A stretch of DNA of 64,000 nt from Eimeria praecox (lineage: Eukaryota). Of this stretch, positions 47,672-64,000 are shown piece by piece (position 1 is the first letter of the stretch; every line of letters starts with the position of its first letter). The position numbers and the translations under genes were made by a program. The stretch spans positions 5,270,001-5,334,000 of the forward strand of contig OY986949.1 of NCBI GenBank assembly GCA_963920595.1, in the 5' to 3' direction. The notes beneath the pieces are model-generated. The model saw nothing but the letters and a program-made list of their open reading frames with translations, was not told where the DNA came from and did not search any database.

Positions 47672-47922
47672 AGAAGCCACAGAAAGGTTGGAGACAGAGG
47701 GGGGAGGGGGGGGAGGGGGAGAAGGGGGGGGGGGGGGGGGGGTAAGTGTCTCTTCTCAATCAACTCGTATCTCGATTACACCGACTCTCTCGTTCTCTCA
47801 TAGTCGCGTGTGAGCTGCTATAGAACCATTCTAATCCAGATAACAGTTGATTAAGAACAGCCACCCCCCCCCCCTCTTCCTCTCCCCCCCCTCCCTCTGT
47901 CTCCAACATTTCTGCGGCTTCT
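47672..47922. repeat. Intergenic inverted repeat, ~60-70-bp arms with ~120-bp spacer
   Basis: AGAAGCCACAGAAAGGTTGGAGACAGAGGG(G-rich) at 47672-47742 versus (C-rich)CCCTCTGTCTCCAACATTTCTGCGGCTTCT at 47863-47922. Confidence 0.85.
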
Positions 47923-48070
47923 TATATCATCACAGGGGTCGGTGGTAGTTGTAGAAAGAAGACAGACAGCGTCAAGTGTTGCAAGTATCGCTGGTTCATC
48001 GTTGAACGATAGAGGAACACACAAGCAAATCGATATTAAATTTAATATATTTTTATTTAAATAATATGTT

Positions 48071-48130
<60 letters not shown>

Positions 48131-48259
48131 TTTTTGTTTTTCTTGATGATTATCAACTAATCTCGCATGCTATGAGTCTAAGACCCAAACCCCTTTGGAG
48201 TTCTTTGAACATCGGTGTAGACAACTGATGAATATGTATTATTATCCTTCTACTATATA

Positions 48260-48317
<58 letters not shown>

Positions 48318-49056
48318 TACTATATAACTTTATACAACGAGCAACTACTAGAAAAATAATTTGTATGTATTATCTACACAAATATCATATTACAATTATT
48401 CTCTCTGTTTGTTAAGTAAGGACTCTCAGCGATATCAACATTATTTCTGTATAATAATAATAATAAATAATAAATAAATATTTTATAGACTCTCTAATGA
48501 TTGCTGTCCGGGGTTGTTGATTAGACAAGGAATCTCCATGAAAGTATATTTAATTTAAATTTATTATAATAATTTACTATCAATTCAAGTTGTTGTTGCT
48601 TTCGAGTATAGTTTTTAGCTGTCTGTACACCGCGTTCGTTCATGGTTGTAGGATAGTGGAAACTCGAATAAATTGTTTTTCTAAGTATATTAAATTTAAT
48701 ATTTTTATTTAAATAATATGTTTTTATATATTATTATTTGTTTTTATTCATGAATATCGATGAAATCAATTATTTAACAGCAGCTTTCCATCGGGGCTGA
48801 GTCTGTTGGTGTTCGCGTGCGTGTCGACCATTTCGTTGTATCTTCTACGTTTTTATATTTGTTGTATTTGTTTATTATATTATTTATTTGATTTATTATT
48901 TATATAAAACTTTTAAATGTTGTTGAAGAGTCAATAATAGCCTGCAGTACTTGTGTTTCCGTTGCATGCATGTGCCTGTATATACACCCGAAGCGGCATC
49001 AGCTGTGTCTATACAGCTCAAGTATATTATTTTTTTAGTTTTTCTTTGTTTTTACA

Positions 49057-57628
<8,572 letters not shown>

Positions 57629-57759
57629 TATAATAATAATTTAATTTTTATTCTTCTTTATTTATTATTTAATTATATATTCATTTTTATTATTATTATT
57701 ATTTAATCTAATTTACAGTATTATCAAGTCCAGATCTGCCTGCTGCTGCATGCGACAAA

Positions 57760-57815
<56 letters not shown>

Positions 57816-57874
57816 TCGTAGAATAAATAAGAATAACCTGATGTATGCAGCAAGCTGCTTGCGTATACGCTGGA

Positions 57875-57950
<76 letters not shown>

Positions 57951-58071
57951 GCATATATAAATATATATATATAAATGCATATATAAATATATGTATATAT
58001 TTTGTATTTATATAAACCAACCTAAGGCATATGAAATATATGCATAATGTATACAATTCGTATACATTATA

Positions 58072-58151
<80 letters not shown>

Positions 58152-58524
58152 GTAATACATATTATAAATAACAGCATTTGTTGTTGAGTTTTGATTTGCC
58201 CCTCCCCACACCGAAAGAGCGAAAGTAAAGAAGAAGTAAACAACAAAAAAAGTAGAACAGATCATCAAATCAAATTAAATTAAATTAAATTAAATTAAAT
58301 TAAATCAACAACTCAAACACATCATCGATGCATGCATGCATGCATGCATGCATGTTTAATGGCAGCAGCCTGCAGCTGCTGGCTGAGGCGCTGTTGATAT
58401 AAATTATTAATTATATTTATTTATTCTTATTATTATAAATAGTAATTATTTAGAGCAATTGTTCGTATTAACTGTTATTACTACTTTATAGTAGTTGTAC
58501 TATTTAGTAACCTAGCACACTCGC

Positions 58525-58557
<33 letters not shown>

Positions 58558-58670
58558 GGAGAGAGAGAGAGAGAGAGAGAGATCAATGTTTTAATTTATA
58601 TTTCGTAGTTTTATTGAAAATATTTATTACTAGCATTTATTAGTAATATTTGTTAGTAGTATTTATTAAC

Positions 58671-58715
<45 letters not shown>

Positions 58716-59220
58716 TATATATTTATATAAGCAATGTCGACTAGTAGTATATTCCTACTTTATTAGCTGGATTAGGATATAGTAAACAAATTATATAATA
58801 TACTATATACTATATTATATCTATTATAATAAATTATTTATTAGTAATATTTAATTATACTATATATCATAGTGTTTATTAGTGTAATCTCCACTCTAGT
58901 ATTAACTCGAAGAAGTACTGAGGTGTATGTATGTATACGATCTCTGTCTTCTCTTCTACATTCTTTTGTCTTCTTTCTACTTTCTGATAAACTAAATACG
59001 ACTAAACACTCAGCACATCTTCCCCTCTCCCGAAAATCTATGAATATACGCCTCTTACGTACTGTATATCTATATATCTCTATCTATATCTATGTATCTA
59101 TCTATATACATATAGATAGATAGATATATAGATATACAGATATATAGATATATATATGTATATCTATGTATCTCTCTCTCTCTCTCCCTCTCTCTGTACA
59201 TATATATATATCTATATCTA

Positions 59221-59322
<102 letters not shown>

Positions 59323-59885
59323 CATCCCTACAGAACGCTATACATATAAATATGATGGAAATAGAAGACTTCATCTTTACTGAACGCGTTAGTATAACTA
59401 TGCTTCACTTGTACATGCACCTAAAGCCTCTTCGTTCTTGTATGTACTCTCCACTACTCCTATCTCCCTAATACTATTACTACTATCTCTAATAACAATG
59501 ATTCTAATAATAATAATAATAATAGTAATAATAAACTCAATAAACAGAAATAAATACTGAAAAGGAGTAAACTTGCATGCAGGAGTAGCGCGAAATGATC
59601 ATGGGGTTTTAAGCAACTTGCGGTGTATAGGCACTTCGAGTTGCATTGCATGTACAGATAAATATAAATATATAAATATATTAATATATTAATATATTTA
59701 TATATTTAGATATTAATATTTATATATATGTTCTGATATAACAGCAGAAAATAAACAACCAAAGAACTGTGTTTCTCCTCAAGAGATATCTCACAGTCCT
59801 AAAGAAGTTTGTTTGTTTGTTATTAACACGAGAAAGACAGTTAGTTCTACTTATATATCTGCATATATATATATATATCTATCTA

Positions 59886-59928
<43 letters not shown>

Positions 59929-60197
59929 ATATATACTTTATATTTATATTATATCTATATTATTATATTTATTTTGGTTGTTCATGCATGGAAGTTGTAG
60001 TATTCTTTCTGTTCGCTCGCTGCCTCGATGTACATTCTTTCTCCTTCTTCTTCTCCTTCTTCTCCTTTATTCTTCATCTGTTAGCGTTGTATTTTATATT
60101 ATTATTTATTATTGAAGAGCATAATATAATTATTATCGATCTAAATAAACTAAATATATATATAAACAACAATAAATATAAAATACAACTTCTCCTT

Positions 60198-60468
60198 CTA
60201 CTCCATCGCTTTCTTTAAATTCTCACTCGCGAAATCCCAATTGACTAACTCCCACCAAGCTAAACAAACAACATACAACATCAAATCAAATCAAAAACAA
60301 AAATACGATGTTTGTTATGTTATTAATATAAATATATATTAACAGAGAGATATAATATGATAGACATAACACATTCATATACTACTATAACAGCAACACC
60401 AACAACAGCAGCAACAGCAGCAGCAGCAACACCACTACCAACAGCAGCAACAACAGCAGCAACAGCAA

Positions 60469-60503
<35 letters not shown>

Positions 60504-61634
60504 ACAACAGCAGCAAAACTCCAACTGCTCTTGCCTTGAACATAAGCAGCTCTATTATTTCTTCTATCTATATAATACGCATGTTCCCAAACATCACAGG
60601 TAAGAAGAGGAATACAATCAGGAGAGTCGCTAAACGGTACAGCACCATCATGTGTTTGTTTTATTTCTACTTTTTTATTTTTTTTACAATAACACAACCA
60701 AATCCAACCCGAACCGAAATGGCCTGAAGCTGCAAGAGAGAATTCTTCTTTAAATTTATCAAATGTTTTATAACTCTTCTCTATCTCAGATAATAATACA
60801 GAAGGAGGAAGACCCCCGCCACCAGGCTTCATACACCTCCAATAAAAACTATGATTGTAGGCTTGACCTGCATTGTTTAGAATGCCTCCTGAAGATGTCT
60901 TGATAAGATCTGATCATAATAAACATAGTATGTTTTAAAAATAAAAACAAATAAAATAAAAATTAAATTAATATGAGTTTCTATAGAAAATAGAAACTGG
61001 AGAGGAAGCAGCAACCATACATACACCTCAAACAAATCAACGATAAACAACACTTAACAAGGACAACACCAGCGAGAGACACAAGAAACAGCAACAAGCA
61101 GCAGCAGCAAGCAGCAGCAGCAGCAACGGCAATAGCAGCAACAGCAGCAGCAGCAACAGCAGCAACAGCAGCAGAGACACTACTACGACTCCATACCTTC
61201 TAAACTCTTTGAGGCTTCCTCTTTTCCCTCCACCAACTCTGCGCCACCCGCATAGAAGCACACAGAGACGCGCTAAGTGTCTGAGCTGTACGTACACCTC
61301 AGCACTGTACACACATCTCATCCTGCTGTGTTATATATATATATATACATCAAATACTTTGAATAGAAGAACATAGAACAGACAAATCAGAGAAGAAGAA
61401 TAACAAAAGCAACATGAAAAGAAACAAATCTCTCCACCCCCACCAAACAGTAAGCTAGTGGTTTTTGTATACCCTCTCGTGCGTAACGCTCATAGAATTT
61501 GGGGTGTACGTACTGTTTAAGTTGTTAACATAAGCTGCATGGTGTTTGCCATAATGATATTCAAGAGTTTCCTTGCTAATGTGTGGCTCCAACGCATCCA
61601 TAGGATAGGGGAGAGGGGGAAGCTCGAACGGCAT
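60198..61634 (-). CDS. SOD: Iron superoxide dismutase, 199 aa, no obvious presequence from this ATG (cytosolic type)
   Basis: Exons 61634-61514, 61238-61197, 60909-60535, 60259-60198 (600 nt). [44 protein letters not shown] (Fe-type Gln), [26 protein letters not shown]. The last intron needs a GC donor. Confidence 0.95.
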
Positions 61635-62692
61635 TTTCCTGTCTGTTGTATGATATTCAAGGAAATTAATTCGTGTCGCTGTCAGAATTATGAAAAGAAG
61701 AAAATATAATATACAAAAAAATATAATTTATACATAAAGAACAGCTACTCACAACTGCGTACATCTAACGCCTCGATCCGTGTCGGCTTCTGCGTGGCTT
61801 CAGGCGCGCAGGCTGCGCCTTCTACGCAGGGTAGGGAAAGCTGGGGTTGTTTGCACCTGTTGATTTGCTGTTGAAGAAGAAAAGGTAGAAAATCAAATAA
61901 ATACCTAAAATACAATGAACAGGGGTTAATCGTAGAACATTTATTCCCAAAACACTCGCTGTAATGATCGCCGATCCTCTGTCAGACACGAAACAGAGTG
62001 TGCCTGCCGTAGGTAGCTATGGCGTAGTAACAACTGCGAAACTAGAGGTAGAATAAGTTTAATTGTTTAGCTTTTAGTTAAGAAACGCAATAAACGATAC
62101 AGAAATGTTCTTTTAAGTCGCTTTCCTGCAACGGAAATACTTGCTTTAGGGCCGGTAACCTGGAGTGTACGTACACCAGGACGTGGAGCGCGTGCGCTCA
62201 TAGGCAGTCTACTGTATCACTTCTACCGAGGAATAGCATATTAGGGTGGAGTTGATATTCTTTAGCACAATAGAACAAGGAATTACTCCAAGAAGCCAAC
62301 AACGTTACCGGTGTGTGACAGAGATGATTCATGCGGCTTCTATTTGCATGACTTGCGCCCGACGGGCCGACTGTATGACGACAGACGTAGGAGGTGTTAT
62401 GCACAAGTTAGGAGATATTTTTTGAGTTAATTTGGTGTTTTTCTCCGTAAAAGTGCTCTTTTTATATCGAGGAGATATGTCGCTAGACCACGAGGTGCTT
62501 CATTCTCCCGAAAATTTCGTCTGCATTTCGTGACGGTGTTGTCAATTGGGATGGCGTTGGTGGCTATGTTGTGGTAGAAGGAGCTTTCTAACTGTGTCTA
62601 TAGATGTATTTCAGTGTATGTACACTTGAATTTTGTGTATTAAACACATAAAACACGAAGAGGCTGCGGTGCGATGTATGTATTTTCAGAAG
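61635..62692. promoter_or_regulatory. Putative bidirectional promoter/5'UTR region between divergent SOD and transaldolase
   Basis: Head-to-head start codons ~1.06 kb apart, unusually repeat-free sequence, and GTGTAYGTACAC palindromes at ~62165 and ~62614. Promoter function is inferred from gene geometry only. Confidence 0.5.
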
Positions 62693-63514
62693 ATGCCAGG
62701 CACCAAGGCAGGACAGAAGCGCCGGGGTTCGACAGATTCACCGGGGCTCGGTCCATCTCAGAAGGTGTCTCGTACTTCAGAGAAGGGAAATGCAGCAGCA
62801 GCAACAGCAGCAGCAGCAGCAGCTGCTGCTGCTGCTGCTGAGAACAGCAGCAGCAACAGCACATTCGCCTTAGGACAGTTGTCAAAGCTGTCAACGATTG
62901 TTGCAGACTCCGCAGATTTTGAAGCTATTAAGAAATTTAGCCCCACTGACGCTACCACTAACCCCACTCTCGTCCTCCAAGCTGTTAATAACCCTAAATA
63001 TAAACATGTGATGGAGAAAGCAATCAAGGAAGCAAAGGAAGCAACTAAGGGAAAATCTGTTGATGTTGTACGTTATAAAACACGAGAGAGTGTTTTAATG
63101 TTGGGTTTTGTGCTTGTTATCTTGTTTTATTTGTTGTGGGTATGGTGTTAGTACTTGCTATCTTGTTGTTGTTCTTCGTGTTGTTGTTGTTGCTGGTGCT
63201 GTTGTTGTTGGTGTTGTTGTTGCTGTTGCTGCTGTTTTGTTGTTTGCTGCTGTTGTTGTAAGCAGCGTTTTAATGAATATGATTATCTGTATTATCTTCT
63301 CTTTGATGCGATTATACGTAAATTATTGTTTGTTATTGTTTAGCTTTGTTTATTTTTAATTGAATGTGTTGTATCTTTGTTTGTTTTTGCGGTGTACAGA
63401 CAGTTGAAGAAGCAGTTAATCGCGTGTTGGTTTTGTTTGGAATGGAGCTGTTAGATATTATTCCTGGGCTTGTCAGTACAGAAATACCTGCAGATCTATC
63501 ATTTGATCAAGAAG
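62693..63514 (+). CDS. TAL: Transaldolase, first two exons (gene continues beyond the window)
   Basis: Exons 62693-63067 and 63400-63514. Motifs: L.QL..LSTIVADSADFEAIKKF.PTDATTNPTLVLQA and FGMELLDIIPGLVSTEI.ADLSFD, the large (type I) transaldolase signature. Confidence 0.92.
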
Positions 63515-63616
63515 GTAATTATAATAATAATTTTGTTTCTATCAATCATTAAATTAATTATATTTTGGTCTAATAGAATTGAATTGATTGCTTTAGAAGT
63601 TGGTTGTATTGTGTTA

Positions 63617-63660
<44 letters not shown>

Positions 63661-63818
63661 GATTTTTGTAGAATGGTAGAGTTATGTATCTTTATCACGA
63701 AGTTATGTTTTATTTTGTTTCTATTCACACATCTTCTCTTCCTATGAGTGGAGCTGTATAGTATATTTAGATTTGTTTTTGTAGCAAGTATATTATTTTT
63801 ATACGACGTAATTATAAT

Positions 63819-63863
<45 letters not shown>

Positions 63864-64000
63864 AAATTATTATATATATATATATATGTATATATAAATG
63901 TGCGTGTGTATATATATGTATATATATGTATATGTATATATGTTAGTTTTTATTTAAATTATTTGTATTAGTATTTGTCTTCTTCATTTTCTACCTCTTA

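Overview
This is eukaryotic DNA from a coccidian apicomplexan, almost certainly an Eimeria species. The evidence is pervasive (CAG)n giving poly-A/Q/S tracts in proteins, interstitial telomere-like (AAACCCT)n, (TGCA)n and (AGCT)n arrays, and spliceosomal introns. Most of the ORF track is microsatellite shadow. Reading splice sites by hand gives seven intron-containing genes. Six are complete and have exon sums divisible by 3: glutamate 5-kinase with PUA domain (-, 8 exons), a ~3,190-aa protein with three PHD-Zn knuckle-ePHD (PZP) modules (-, 6 exons), actin-like protein ALP1 (-, 12 exons), an alpha/beta serine hydrolase with a C-terminal UIM-like motif (-, 12 exons), mitochondrial processing peptidase beta (+, 10 exons) and Fe-superoxide dismutase (-, 4 exons, one GC-AG intron). 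The seventh is the 5' part of transaldolase (+). There is one 200-N assembly gap. Four unexplained patterns stand out. (1) Four genes carry intronic tandem copies of their own exon edges, splice site included, and these copies differ from the real exon almost only at synonymous positions. (2) Four introns have complementary telomere-repeat arrays at their two ends in the same polarity. (3) A short palindrome, GGTGTAYRTACACC, is dispersed through the window. (4) (AGCT)n arrays follow the stop codons of three consecutive genes. All gene models and family calls come from manual reading and motif recognition; no database search was run.
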